Part shown: piece by piece, positions 49,553-59,484 of the stretch
How positions within the stretch are numbered: the stretch's first letter is position 1
How the letters are laid out: each line of letters begins with the position of its first letter
IMG/VR virus record: IMGVR_UViG_3300020430_000007
Length of the DNA stretch: 64,000 nucleotides
Source: a virus
Direction: 5' to 3' (one strand)
Notes under the pieces: generated by a model
Told to the model about the DNA's origin: nothing
The model's input: the letters and a program-made list of their open reading frames with translations, nothing else
Databases searched by the model: none
Program-made: the position numbers and the translations under genes

Positions 49553-49966
49553 ATGAAGAATAAAAGAAAATTAGATGTTGCTCTCAAAAAATTAAAAGCA
49601 AGAAAAGAAAAACATAAATGCACCTGTAATGAGATGGTTAGTAAACTAAGTTCTTCTGATAGAAGAACGCCTGGTAGAACCATTGATATGAAGCAAGGTA
49701 GAGATTACTCTGTGGTAAAAGATAACCAATTAGCAAAAAGAGAACCTAATAAAGGCTCTGCACTTGCTAACAGAGGCACAAAAAATACAGACGTAAAACC
49801 ACCAAGGCAATCGAATCCATATAGAAGTGGAGAAAAAGATAATAAAAATACGATTAATATGCCATCCAAGAAAAAAATTAATAGAGCAGCAAAAGCAACA
49901 GGAAAAGTTGTAAAATCAGCATTAGGCAATTTATCGCAAGGGTATGGGCAATCTAGTTTCAAATAA
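49553..49966 (+). CDS. basic hypothetical late protein
   Basis: 137-aa Lys/Arg-rich ORF; ATAAATA at 49526-49532. Confidence 0.6.
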   Translation: MKNKRKLDVALKKLKARKEKHKCTCNEMVSKLSSSDRRTPGRTIDMKQGRDYSVVKDNQLAKREPNKGSALANRGTKNTDVKPPRQSNPYRSGEKDNKNTINMPSKKKINRAAKATGKVVKSALGNLSQGYGQSSFK

Positions 49967-49969
49967 ATT

Positions 49970-51625
49970 ATGGCAAAAAGTGACATCTATCTTGGTAATC
50001 CAAATCTAAAAAAAGCAAATACACAAACAGAGTTCACACAAGAACATATTTTAGAGTTTGTGAAATGTAAAAAAGATCCAGTATATTTTACAGAAAAACA
50101 TATAAAGATTGTAAACGTAGATGAGGGTCTTGTTAATTTTAATATGTATAAATTTCAAAAAAAATTAATAAGAAATTTTCATAAGCATAGATTCAATATT
50201 TGTAAGATGCCACGACAAACTGGAAAGTCTACAACAGTGGTCTCATATTTACTTCATTACGCAATATTTAATGATAATGTCAACATCGGAATACTCGCAA
50301 ACAAAGCAGCAACTGCTAGAGATCTACTTGGAAGATTACAATTGGCGTATGAAAACCTGCCGACTTGGATGCAGCAAGGTATCATTGCTTGGAATAAGGG
50401 ATCAATGGAATTGGAAAATGGGTCAAAAATAATAGCAGCATCTACTTCTGCATCAGCAGTTCGAGGTATGTCATTCAATATTATTTTTCTTGATGAGTTT
50501 GCATTTGTTCAAAATCATCTTGCAGATGACTTTTTTGCATCTGTTTATCCTACCATATCATCTGGTAAATCTACAAAGGTTATTATAGTATCCACTCCAC
50601 ATGGTATGAATCATTTTTATCGTATGTGGCATGATGCTGAACGTGGACAAAATGAGTATATTGCGACTGAAGTGCACTGGTCTGAGGTGCCAGGTCGAGA
50701 TGCAAAATGGAAGAAGCAAACAATAGCAAACACAAGCAAAGAACAATTTTCTATCGAGTTTGAATGTGAGTTTCTAGGTTCTGTTGACACTTTGATAAAT
50801 GCAGCAAAATTAAAATCATTGGTGTATGAACAACCAATAGAACAAAATGGTAAACTGTCTGTTTATGAAAAACCATTTGATAAAAGAGATTATATTGTAA
50901 CGGTTGATGTGGCGAGGGGTATATCAAAGGATTATAGTGCTTTTATTGTTGCTGATATTACAGAATTTCCTTACAAAGTTGTGGCAACTTATAGGGATAA
51001 TGAGATAAAACCAATGGTGTTTCCAAGTATTATTGAAGAGGTTGCAACAGCGTATAATAATGCATATGTTTTATGCGAGGTGAACGATATAGGTGATCAA
51101 GTTGCATCAATATTGTTTTATGATCTAGAGTATGAAAATTTACTTATGGTTGCCATGCGTGGAAGAGCAGGTCAAATAGTTGGGTCGGGTTTCTCTGGTG
51201 TAAAAACACAATTGGGTGTTAAAATGAGCACAACCACAAAAAAAGTTGGGTGTTCTAACTTAAAAACATTAGTGGAAGAGGATAAATTAATTTTTTGTGA
51301 TTATAATATTATAGCTGAACTTACAACATTTATACAAAAGAAACAATCTTTTGAGGCAGAGGAAGGATGTAACGATGACCTTGCTATGTGTCTTGTAATA
51401 TTTTCTTGGTTGGTAGCACAAGACTATTTCAAAGAGATGACAGATCAAGATGTTAGAAAACGTATCTATGAAGAACAAAAAAATGCTATTGAACAAGATA
51501 TGGCACCATTTGGTTTTGTATGTGATGGATTAGATGATGAGATAGAACAGGTAGACTCAAATGGAGATAATTGGAAAGTAGATGAATACGGAGATCGCTC
51601 ATATATGTGGGACTATACCCTATGA
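49970..51625 (+). CDS. gp17: terminase large subunit gp17
   Basis: YLGNPNLK, Walker A PRQTGKS, Walker B FLDEFAF, DDLAM. Confidence 0.97.
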   Translation: MAKSDIYLGNPNLKKANTQTEFTQEHILEFVKCKKDPVYFTEKHIKIVNVDEGLVNFNMYKFQKKLIRNFHKHRFNICKMPRQTGKSTTVVSYLLHYAIFNDNVNIGILANKAATARDLLGRLQLAYENLPTWMQQGIIAWNKGSMELENGSKIIAASTSASAVRGMSFNIIFLDEFAFVQNHLADDFFASVYPTISSGKSTKVIIVSTPHGMNHFYRMWHDAERGQNEYIATEVHWSEVPGRDAKWKKQTIANTSKEQFSIEFECEFLGSVDTLINAAKLKSLVYEQPIEQNGKLSVYEKPFDKRDYIVTVDVARGISKDYSAFIVADITEFPYKVVATYRDNEIKPMVFPSIIEEVATAYNNAYVLCEVNDIGDQVASILFYDLEYENLLMVAMRGRAGQIVGSGFSGVKTQLGVKMSTTTKKVGCSNLKTLVEEDKLIFCDYNIIAELTTFIQKKQSFEAEEGCNDDLAMCLVIFSWLVAQDYFKEMTDQDVRKRIYEEQKNAIEQDMAPFGFVCDGLDDEIEQVDSNGDNWKVDEYGDRSYMWDYTL

Positions 51626-51891
51626 TCAAACCAAAGTGCCTCGATAGATGGGGATTCTTTGGTTGGAGTGCTACTGGATACCTTTTGCCATGTTGTTGGA
51701 TGGATCATGAGAACATGAAGTTAATTCCTGAACTTGTGCAAGAAAAATTTAAGGTAGAGAATGTGGACAAGATAAGTGATATAATTAAATCAGATGAATG
51801 GCAGTCTTTTTTTGATACTATAAAAAATGATCAAAAAAATGCTCCTCATGTTTGTCATCATTATTGTGGATCATGTACGGGATCAACTTAG
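51622..51891 (+). CDS. stand-alone SPASM/Twitch-like Fe-S domain protein
   Basis: C...GYLLPCC...CHHYCG; ATGA overlap with the gp17 stop. Confidence 0.7.
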   Translation: MIKPKCLDRWGFFGWSATGYLLPCCWMDHENMKLIPELVQEKFKVENVDKISDIIKSDEWQSFFDTIKNDQKNAPHVCHHYCGSCTGST

Positions 51892-52484
51892 ATCTATCAA
51901 ATAGATGTACGAATAGATGTCCTGGTTGTGCACGAGATAAATTCAAACATGTGCCTGGTTCTGACCTTACAGAGTCAGACATGGAAAAGATATCTAATTT
52001 TTTTCAAGCAATTACATTTTGTGGTCAGGTTTCTGACCCTGTGCTACATCCAAACTTTCATAAACTCCTTGCTATATGCTTGAGAAAAAATAGAAAAGTT
52101 GTGGTTCATACTGCTGTAGCAGCAAGACCAAAAATGTGGTGGTCTAGATCTTTTGTCATGTCAAGAGGTAAAAATATTGAGTGGGTGTTTGCTATAGATG
52201 GTCTACCGAAAGATAGCAATAAGTATAGAGTAAATCAGGATGGAGAAAAATTATTTGATATCATGTTGAAGTGTGCATCATTTGGTGTGCCTACCACATG
52301 GCAGTACATAGTTTTCAACTACAATCAAAAAGATGTTGAGCACTGCAAGCAGATAGCAAAGGAACACAATATAAAATTCATGCAAATTGATTCTGGAAGA
52401 TGGGGGACTGATGCTTTGAAATCTTTGCAACCTGACGATAATTATTCTAATATAGATGGTGTGTCTATAAGGAAATATGTATGA
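51873..52484 (+). CDS. radical SAM core-domain protein
   Basis: CTNRCPGC (CxxxCxxC), FCGQVSDP, FAIDG, WQYIVF. Confidence 0.85.
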   Translation: MYGINLDLSNRCTNRCPGCARDKFKHVPGSDLTESDMEKISNFFQAITFCGQVSDPVLHPNFHKLLAICLRKNRKVVVHTAVAARPKMWWSRSFVMSRGKNIEWVFAIDGLPKDSNKYRVNQDGEKLFDIMLKCASFGVPTTWQYIVFNYNQKDVEHCKQIAKEHNIKFMQIDSGRWGTDALKSLQPDDNYSNIDGVSIRKYV

Positions 52485-53314
52485 GACCTAAACTTCTATT
52501 GAATGCAGGATACCCTTCATCTGGAACATCGTCATTATACTATACATTATGGAATAATAAGTATGGACATGGTGGTGGTGTGAAAGAAAGTAGTTATCTT
52601 CTTCACACACAATCACCACAGGTAATGAAAGATAGAGAGAAACTACATCAAAGAAAAAAAAGGTATGGTAAAGGTATACACAGACCATGGACATTACCCG
52701 ATAGTATGTTCATGCCTGAACATACGTTTGATAAAAAACCAAGCATTGACAACTACATTAATTACTACATCAAATTATGGAAAGTTATAGGTGATGAGTA
52801 TCAATCTCTTCTTGACTTCTCTAATCCAGAACAACAACTGACAGAAAAATTTATGATGTCAATCAGAGATGAGTTACTCAAATATTTTGACATCAAGGTA
52901 GTAATGATGCTTAGAGACCCTATAAAAAGGTTGTGGTCAGTTTGTAATAGAAAATCATTGACAGAGGGAGGAACACCACACTCACATATGAAATTTGATA
53001 ATCCTTATCTAAGTTACATTGAAAAATATGAGAGGTATGTAAGAGTATGGGGAAAGGAAAGAGTAAAATTTATTATAAATGAAGATTTTTATAAAGGAGA
53101 TATGCAACCTTTATCAAAGTTTTTAGAATTTTCTATATCACCAACTTATAAAAATGTAATTCATCTCACTTCACTAAAGAATAAAATGTATTCACAATGG
53201 TGTGATCTTGAATATAAAACATGGAGATATGCTTATGAAAACATGAAATGGGTCTATGATGAGTTTGAAAATAAGTTTGGTTATATACCGAATGATTGGG
53301 CAAGTTGTATATAG
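52481..53314 (+). CDS. sulfotransferase-fold protein (paralog 9)
   Basis: NAGYPSSGTSSL, KESSYL, DFSN, LRDPIKRLWS, FGYIPNDW. Confidence 0.8.
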   Translation: MRPKLLLNAGYPSSGTSSLYYTLWNNKYGHGGGVKESSYLLHTQSPQVMKDREKLHQRKKRYGKGIHRPWTLPDSMFMPEHTFDKKPSIDNYINYYIKLWKVIGDEYQSLLDFSNPEQQLTEKFMMSIRDELLKYFDIKVVMMLRDPIKRLWSVCNRKSLTEGGTPHSHMKFDNPYLSYIEKYERYVRVWGKERVKFIINEDFYKGDMQPLSKFLEFSISPTYKNVIHLTSLKNKMYSQWCDLEYKTWRYAYENMKWVYDEFENKFGYIPNDWASCI

Positions 53315-53369
53315 CAGACGAAAAACCTAAATAATTTTAGTCAAAATTCGGGTACTGCAGGGAGTTAGA

Positions 53370-55550
53370 ATGGCACTTCGATTAGCATCTCCAGGTATTT
53401 CAGTAAGAGAGGTTGACCTTACTAGGGGTGGCGTAGATTTTACACTCAACGTTGTTGGTGGTATTGCTGCTCCTTTCCGTAAAGGACCTGTCAATGAAAT
53501 AACTAGAATCAACAATGAAAAAGAATTAGTTGACACATTTGGTGAACCAGGTGTGGGTACAACTGATTTCCACTACGAGTGTTGGTATGGGGCAGCAAAC
53601 TTCTTATCATATGGTGGTAAGTTGGATGTTGTACGTGTTGGTGGTGGAGACTTAAACACAGCAAACGCTGCATCAGGTCAAGCATCTTTAGGAAATCTTC
53701 GAGTAGATGGATACGAAGATTATATCAATAATCAAGCAGATGATACCACTTGGTATTTTTCCGCAAAAAATCCTGGTGCATGGGCAGAAAATATTAAGGT
53801 TGCAGTCATAGACAATGCTGCAGATCAAGTATTTACTGGCGTTACCACCACAAACATATTTGTAGGATATGGTGTTACACAATCTCTCACTGGTGTAACA
53901 GTGGGTGTTGGTACTACTGCTGCTGCAAGTGGTATGTTGAAGGGTATTATTTCAAAAATTGGAAGTGGTACAATAGATGTTCGAGTGGTAAGTAAAGTAG
54001 TTGATGGTGTAGAAACACTAGTAAACTATCAAGAGGGTTCTCAACTTGAGTTCAAAACAGGAACAGGTAATCTGGTTGGTATCAACTCTTCAAGCACTGC
54101 TAACATAAACAGTAGGTTTACACCTGCCTCTGGCACCATAAGTGATTGGTATACAGCACAGAATATTATGACGAGTGTGGCAGATGGTGGATCTGACATT
54201 GTGACTATCCCTTGGAAGTCAGTGCTCAATAAACCAAAAACAAACGACTATGTTACAAAGAGAGATGGAGCAAATGATGCTCTTCACGTTGTAGTCATAG
54301 ATGCAGGTGGTGGTGTTACTGGTGATGTGGGATCAGTTCTTGAAAAATTCCCCAACCTTTCTAAAGGAAAAGATACCACACAATCTGGTGGTAGATCAAT
54401 TTACTATAAAGATTTTCTAGCAGATAACTCCGAATTCATTTTTGCTGGTGTATCACCCGTAAATGGAACAGATACTCATCATGGCACAGAACCATTAGCA
54501 TCTGGATTCAGTAGTGGATTTGTTCCTGTGACTGACAATGCTGGAGCGTGGGGTCAAAACGTAAAGAATATTAAATTTGCTTCTTTAGGAAATGTAGGAT
54601 ATCCTCTTGTAGGTGGTAAAGATTACACAGGTGTAGGATTGTTTGATGCACCTTTAGGTGACATACTATCAGGATATGATAAATTTGCTGACCCCGTAGA
54701 TAGTGACATTAGATTCTTATTACAAGGATCTGCTCATAAAACAAAAGAAGAGGAACAAGCAAAAGCAAATAAAATGATCCAGATTGCCGAGGGCAGAAAG
54801 GATACGGTTGCTGTTATATCACCTAATAGAACTGCAACAGTAAATGTAGCAAGTGCTACAGATCAATTAGATAATGTTTTATCATTCTTCTCACCAATAA
54901 CCTCATCATCTTATGTTGTGTTTGATTCAAGTTATCAATACGTTTATGATAGGTTCAATAAAAAGTTTGTTTATATACCTTCATCTAGTGATATTGCTGG
55001 ATTGATGGTAAGAACAGATAGAGATTCTTTCCCATGGTTCTCACCTGCTGGTACAGCAAGAGGTGGTTTGAACTTCCCCGTGAAACTTGCGTTCAATCCT
55101 GGTCAAGACGCTAGAGATAGACTCTATGCAAATAGAATCAACCCTATCATATCACAACCTGGTTCTGGTATAATTCTTTTTGGAGATAAAACAGGATTAG
55201 CATTTGAAAGTGCATTCGATAGAATCAACGTAAGAAGACTCTTTATCACTGTAGAGAAAGCGATTGAAAACGCTGCTAAATCAGCACTCTTTGAACTCAA
55301 TGATGCTGGCACGAGATCTAATTTCGTCAACGTTGTTGAACCATTCCTAAGGGATGTTCAAGCAAAGAGAGGAATTCAAGATTTTCTTCTTATATGTGAT
55401 GAATCAAATAACACTGCTGATGTTATTGACCGTAATGAGTTTATTGCGGATATATTCATCAAACCAGCACGTTCGATTAACTTTATCGGACTAACATTCG
55501 TAGCTACACGCACTGGAGTATCCTTCAGTGAAGTTGTAGGAACTGTGTAA
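53370..55550 (+). CDS. gp18: tail sheath protein gp18
   Basis: SPGISVREVDLT, PWFSPAG, FDRINVRRLF, KPARSINFI; CTAAATA at 53327-53333. Confidence 0.96.
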   Translation: MALRLASPGISVREVDLTRGGVDFTLNVVGGIAAPFRKGPVNEITRINNEKELVDTFGEPGVGTTDFHYECWYGAANFLSYGGKLDVVRVGGGDLNTANAASGQASLGNLRVDGYEDYINNQADDTTWYFSAKNPGAWAENIKVAVIDNAADQVFTGVTTTNIFVGYGVTQSLTGVTVGVGTTAAASGMLKGIISKIGSGTIDVRVVSKVVDGVETLVNYQEGSQLEFKTGTGNLVGINSSSTANINSRFTPASGTISDWYTAQNIMTSVADGGSDIVTIPWKSVLNKPKTNDYVTKRDGANDALHVVVIDAGGGVTGDVGSVLEKFPNLSKGKDTTQSGGRSIYYKDFLADNSEFIFAGVSPVNGTDTHHGTEPLASGFSSGFVPVTDNAGAWGQNVKNIKFASLGNVGYPLVGGKDYTGVGLFDAPLGDILSGYDKFADPVDSDIRFLLQGSAHKTKEEEQAKANKMIQIAEGRKDTVAVISPNRTATVNVASATDQLDNVLSFFSPITSSSYVVFDSSYQYVYDRFNKKFVYIPSSSDIAGLMVRTDRDSFPWFSPAGTARGGLNFPVKLAFNPGQDARDRLYANRINPIISQPGSGIILFGDKTGLAFESAFDRINVRRLFITVEKAIENAAKSALFELNDAGTRSNFVNVVEPFLRDVQAKRGIQDFLLICDESNNTADVIDRNEFIADIFIKPARSINFIGLTFVATRTGVSFSEVVGTV

Positions 55551-55568
55551 TCGGAGACCCCCACAATT

Positions 55569-56204
55569 ATGGCATTAGACAAAAACATTTTTGATATCAG
55601 AAATAACACAAGGACCATTGATTCCTTCAAGACTAGACTGGCTCAGGGTGGTGCTCGTCCCAACCTTTTTGAGGTTGAATTAAAGTTTCCAAGCGGAGTA
55701 GGAATCTTTGATGACGAAATCGGAGATCTCTCTCATAGAATGATGATCAAAGGTGCTCAATTACCTGCATCAAATATTGCTGAGGTTGTTGTTCCTTTTA
55801 GAGGAAGACAACTTAAGGTAGCAGGTGACAGAAGGTTTGATCCTTGGACAATAACAGTGATCAACGATCAAGACTTCAAATTAAGAGAAGCATTTGAACG
55901 TTGGGCAAACTTTATAATAAAGGTATCTGATGGATCTGGTACTAAAGAACCCACAAATTACTTTACAGATTGGACTGTCAACCAATTAGGTCGTGCAGCC
56001 ACAGACCTTAAAACTCGTGGTGAAAACAGTGATGCCAAACTTCCTGTGCTAAGGAGATACAGCATGAAAGGTTGCTGGCCTAGTTCAGTGAGTGCTATTG
56101 AGTTGAGTTATGATACTCAAGACACAATTGAAGAATTCCAAGTTACACTTCAGGTGCAATGGTGGGAGGCATACGATGATAATTCTAACGATTCTGTGGT
56201 ATAA
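55569..56204 (+). CDS. gp19: tail tube protein gp19
   Basis: GGARPNLF, PFRGRQLKVAGDR, IEEFQVT. Confidence 0.95.
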   Translation: MALDKNIFDIRNNTRTIDSFKTRLAQGGARPNLFEVELKFPSGVGIFDDEIGDLSHRMMIKGAQLPASNIAEVVVPFRGRQLKVAGDRRFDPWTITVINDQDFKLREAFERWANFIIKVSDGSGTKEPTNYFTDWTVNQLGRAATDLKTRGENSDAKLPVLRRYSMKGCWPSSVSAIELSYDTQDTIEEFQVTLQVQWWEAYDDNSNDSVV

Positions 56205-56234
56205 TAAATACGGTATATAAAGTAAACTGATATT

Positions 56235-57956
56235 ATGGCAAAACTCTTTGGATTCTCTATAGAAGATGAATCTAAGAAATCTAAAGGCGTAGTCAGTCCT
56301 GTACCTCAAAACAATGAGGATGGGGCTGACTATTATCTGTCTACAGGTTTTTACGGTCAATATGTAGATATTGAGGGTGTATTTCGTACAGAGTTTGACA
56401 TAATAAAAAGATATCGTGATATGGCATTACATCCTGAGTGTGATACTGCCATTGAGCATGTTGTAAACGAAGCAATAGTTTCTGATCAAAATGATTCTCC
56501 AGTCGAGATTAATTTAGATAACTTAAGTGTAAGTGAGAATCTCAAAAAAATAGTCAGAGAAGAATTTAAGGGTGTAAAAGATTTGCTTGATTTTGACAGC
56601 AAATCTCATGAGATATTTCGTAACTGGTATGTAGATGGTAGATTATATTATCATAAGGTTATTGATACACAAAAACCTGATGAAGGCATTCAAGAATTAA
56701 GGTTTATAGATGCTCTCAAAATTAAATTAATGAGAGTTCAACCAAAGAATGAAAAAGGTGCTAAGGGTGCTGAAGGTATTCCTGTATTACCGTACGCAGG
56801 CGAGACAACTATAAACAAAGATGCTAAGGTAATAGAATTTTATACGTATTACCCGCAAGGAATGGCACAGAGATATGGATCTGTTGCTGGTAAAGGCATA
56901 AGGATTGCTAAGGACTCAATTTGTCATGTGCACTCTGGTCTCGTTGATAGAAATAAAAAACTAACATTATCATACTTACACAAAGCAATCAAGGGTCTCA
57001 ATCAATTGCGTATGATCGAGGACTCTTTGGTGATCTACAGACTATCAAGAGCACCAGAACGTAGAATATTCTACATTGACGTTGGTAATCTACCTAAAGT
57101 AAAGGCAGAACAATACCTACGTGACGTGATGAGTCGTTACAGAAACAAACTCGTCTATGATGCAAACACAGGAGAAATAAAAGATGACAAAAAATTTATG
57201 TCAATGCTCGAAGACTTCTGGTTACCCAGAAGAGAAGGAGGACGAGGTACTGAAATCTCTACGTTGCCAGGTGGACAAAATCTTGGAGAACTTACGGACA
57301 TCGAGTACTTCCAGAAAAAATTATACCGAGCATTAAATGTACCTGAGTCACGTATTGGTGATACTGGTGGATTCAACTTAGGTAGATCATCTGAGATTTT
57401 ACGTGATGAACTTATGTTTAGTAAGTTTGTTGGTAGGTTGAGAAAAAGATTTAGTGGTCTTTTCTTAGATCTATTGAAAACACAATTAGTTCTAAAAAAT
57501 ATTGTAACTCCAGAAGATTGGTCTAAAATGCGTGAGCATATACAGTTTGACTATGTGTATGATAATCATTTTGCAGAACTTAAGGATCATGAATTAATGA
57601 CTGAGCGTTTGAATATCATGGTTGCCATTGAACCTTACATCGGCACATACTATTCAAGAGATTATGTCAAACGTAAAGTGTTGCGTCAGACTGATGAGGA
57701 GATAGAAGAAATGACACAAGAGATGGAAGAGGAGAATGCGATGGGTGTTGGTCTTCCATTAGAACAACAAAATATGATGTTACAAGCGGGAATAGATGCG
57801 GAGATGCCTCCTACAAATGGCAATGGTAATGGTAGTAAAACTAAAAGTAGTAAAAACAATTTAGGTAAATCACCTAAAGATGGTAGTTTAGATGATGCAA
57901 AAAATGGCGGACGCACTGAGGCACCTGAAATAAACATCAAGAAAGCCAAGATATAA
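56235..57956 (+). CDS. gp20: portal vertex protein gp20
   Basis: MAKLFGF, RAPERRIFYIDVGNLP, EDFWLPRREGGRGTEI; ATAAATA at 56204-56210. Confidence 0.97.
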   Translation: MAKLFGFSIEDESKKSKGVVSPVPQNNEDGADYYLSTGFYGQYVDIEGVFRTEFDIIKRYRDMALHPECDTAIEHVVNEAIVSDQNDSPVEINLDNLSVSENLKKIVREEFKGVKDLLDFDSKSHEIFRNWYVDGRLYYHKVIDTQKPDEGIQELRFIDALKIKLMRVQPKNEKGAKGAEGIPVLPYAGETTINKDAKVIEFYTYYPQGMAQRYGSVAGKGIRIAKDSICHVHSGLVDRNKKLTLSYLHKAIKGLNQLRMIEDSLVIYRLSRAPERRIFYIDVGNLPKVKAEQYLRDVMSRYRNKLVYDANTGEIKDDKKFMSMLEDFWLPRREGGRGTEISTLPGGQNLGELTDIEYFQKKLYRALNVPESRIGDTGGFNLGRSSEILRDELMFSKFVGRLRKRFSGLFLDLLKTQLVLKNIVTPEDWSKMREHIQFDYVYDNHFAELKDHELMTERLNIMVAIEPYIGTYYSRDYVKRKVLRQTDEEIEEMTQEMEEENAMGVGLPLEQQNMMLQAGIDAEMPPTNGNGNGSKTKSSKNNLGKSPKDGSLDDAKNGGRTEAPEINIKKAKI

Positions 57957-57975
57957 ATAAATACAAGCGTTTTTA

Positions 57976-58230
57976 ATGATTATGGATTCAGCAGAATTAG
58001 TCGATATGATTATAGCGGATGCTCCTGCATCGGAGATACAAGATGCTATTAAATCTTTAGCGTATGCCAAATCTGCAGATTTAGTTGATAGAGTTACTCC
58101 TGATGTTGCTGCCTCAATTTTTGGTGATGAACCAGAAGAGGGCGATCCCTTACCTGAGGTAGGTGATGGCGAACAACCAGAAGTAGACGCTGAACTTGAA
58201 CAAGAACCTACAACGGAAACGGAAGAATGA
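57976..58230 (+). CDS. small acidic prohead core-like protein
   Basis: Very acidic ORF between gp20 and gp21; TATAAATA at 57952-57959. Confidence 0.65.
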   Translation: MIMDSAELVDMIIADAPASEIQDAIKSLAYAKSADLVDRVTPDVAASIFGDEPEEGDPLPEVGDGEQPEVDAELEQEPTTETEE

Positions 58231-58793
58231 GTGCATCACAACCATTATCATTAGTTACAGACTATGGTGAATTGTCAAGTGCAAATGCCACATCTGCTGT
58301 TACCAGTTCTCAAATAATAAAAACTGGTATATTGTATGTTGTTTGTTCAGACGATAAGGCAGCAGGACACATCGCAGTTTGCAATACAGCAAATCAAGCG
58401 GGTGTTGGATCGTTCCATGTAGCGAAGGGTGATGATTTTCTTTATAGATATGGACATCCTGCTAATGCACCAGTGTCGGCAATAAGTAAGGCAGCGTCTG
58501 CTGTTATTACCATAGATCACACTGATAGTAAAATTCAAGTGGGTGATTTTGTTACGCTGACTGGTTCATCAGTTAGTGCTTACAATAGCACCATTGCACA
58601 TGTAGAGGTAACTGCTAAATCAAATCCACAACAATGGAATGATTTTAAACAAACTATAACAGTTGACGCAAATACTTCTGCACTAGCAGATTTTACAGGA
58701 ACAGCAACTTTATCTAAGTCGGTGATTTTTAGACTAGCACCTGAGACATCCTCAGGATGCACATTACACTTAAACGAGGTAGGAGTAGGATGA
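58227..58793 (+). CDS. hypothetical virion protein
   Basis: 188-aa beta-rich ORF, ATGA-coupled on both sides within the head operon. Confidence 0.65.
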   Translation: MSASQPLSLVTDYGELSSANATSAVTSSQIIKTGILYVVCSDDKAAGHIAVCNTANQAGVGSFHVAKGDDFLYRYGHPANAPVSAISKAASAVITIDHTDSKIQVGDFVTLTGSSVSAYNSTIAHVEVTAKSNPQQWNDFKQTITVDANTSALADFTGTATLSKSVIFRLAPETSSGCTLHLNEVGVG

Positions 58794-59437
58794 AATTAAT
58801 TTCAGAAGAAATTGAATCAGTTGATATTCTTACTGAGGAAAAAAACGGCAAGAAGACTCTCTATATTACAGGACCTTTTTTACAAGCAGAGGTGGTAAAT
58901 CGCAACAAACGTTGCTATCCCATCAATACCATGATGAAGGAGGTTACAAGATATACAGATGAATTTATATCTAAGGGACGTGCACTAGGAGAACTAGGTC
59001 ATCCTGATGGACCTCAAATAAATCTTGACCGTGTGTCACATAAGATTGTATCTCTTACACAAGAGGGTAACAATTTTATGGGTAAGGCACAAATCCTATC
59101 GACTCCAATGGGAAAAATTGCACAATCACTTTTAGGTGAGGGTGTAAAATTAGGTGTGTCTTCTAGAGGCATGGGATCTATCAGACAACATGAGGGTGTA
59201 TCTTATGTTGGAGAAGATTTTATGTTAGCGACTGCTGCTGATATAGTGGCGGATCCCTCTGCACCAGATGCTTTTGTAGATGGTGTCATGGAAGGTAAAG
59301 AGTGGGTATGGGAGGGTTCTATTTTGCGTGAAAAGCATGTAGAGCAAGTCAAAAAGACGATAAATACGATGGTAGATCAGAGAAAATTAGAGGAACGTAA
59401 GCTTGCTTTATTCTCTAAGTTCTTGCAGGATCTATAA
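58790..59437 (+). CDS. gp21: prohead protease gp21
   Basis: MKLISEE, GELGHP, GVSSRGMGS, DIVADPSAPDA. Confidence 0.95.
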   Translation: MKLISEEIESVDILTEEKNGKKTLYITGPFLQAEVVNRNKRCYPINTMMKEVTRYTDEFISKGRALGELGHPDGPQINLDRVSHKIVSLTQEGNNFMGKAQILSTPMGKIAQSLLGEGVKLGVSSRGMGSIRQHEGVSYVGEDFMLATAADIVADPSAPDAFVDGVMEGKEWVWEGSILREKHVEQVKKTINTMVDQRKLEERKLALFSKFLQDL

Positions 59438-59484
59438 TTCTATAAATAATAAAAGAAATTCTAAGGAATAACGGACTGGTAAAA

